The notes below the pieces were generated by a model. That model had not been told where the DNA came from and made no database searches. It saw nothing but the letters and a program-made list of their open reading frames with translations. DNA of 64,000 nucleotides, taken from positions 20,338,001 through 20,402,000 of the forward strand of contig NC_086118.1 in the NCBI RefSeq assembly GCF_963921235.1, given 5' to 3'. Both the position numbers and the translations under genes were made by a program. The DNA comes from Mobula hypostoma (Eukaryota). Shown piece by piece: positions 63,528 to 64,000 of the stretch. Every line of letters begins with the position of its first letter. The stretch's first letter is position 1.

Positions 63528-64000
63528 ACCAAGTTTACCTGGTCCATTTCTGACACCTCCCTCCCCTTTCTAGATCTTTCTGTCTCTGTCTCTCGAGACA
63601 GCTTTCCACTGATGTCTACTATAAGCCTACTGACTCTCACAGCTATCTGGACTATTCCTCTTCTCACCCTGTCTCTTGCAAAAACGCCATCCCCTTCTCG
63701 CAATTCCTCCGTCTCCGCCGCATCTGCTCTCAGGATGAGGCTTTTCATTCTAGGACGAGGGAGATGTCTTCATTTTTTAAAGAAAGGGGCTTCCCTTCCT
63801 CCACTATCAACTCTGCTCTTAAACGCATCTCCCCCATTTCACGTACATCTGCTCTCACTCCATCTTCCCACCACCCCACTAGGAATAGGGTTCCCCTGGT
63901 CCTCACCTACCACCCCACCAGCCTCCGGGTCCAACATATTATTCTCCGTAACTTCCGCCACCTCCAACGGGATCCCACCACTAAGCATATCTTTCCCTCC
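63528..64000 (+). mobile_element. Penelope-like element RT C-terminal region, running off the window end
   Basis: KFTWSISDTSLPFLDL, frameshift, then STDVYYKPTDSHSYLDYSSSHPVSCKNAIPFSQFLRLRRICS..RVPLVLTYHP..NFRHLQRDPTT. Confidence 0.9.

Overview
Vertebrate nuclear DNA, AT-rich and CpG-depleted, made almost entirely of nested transposable elements separated by unique AT-rich non-coding blocks. The repeat repertoire (V-SINEs, CR1, Rex1/Babar, RTE, L1/Tx1, Penelope-like elements, Ty3/Gypsy, hAT, Tigger, Tc1) suggests a cartilaginous fish, probably a ray; this is an inference. I recognise no intact host protein-coding gene, so the window looks like a large intron or gene desert, and most six-frame ORFs are TE fragments or their antisense. 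Main points: (1) a Gypsy LTR element (8430-11134) has both LTRs, PBS, PPT, gag and protease, but its RT/RNaseH/integrase core is replaced by an intronless fragment of host RBM25 mRNA. (2) Penelope-like palindromic insertions with clear TSDs carry minimal type I hammerhead ribozyme motifs, including ~200-bp mini-hairpins whose junctions fall in or next to the ribozyme. (3) An RTE LINE has a twin-priming-type 5' inversion. (4) There is a young L1/Tx1 copy and a near full-length hAT element. All coordinates were read by eye and may be off by a few bases.
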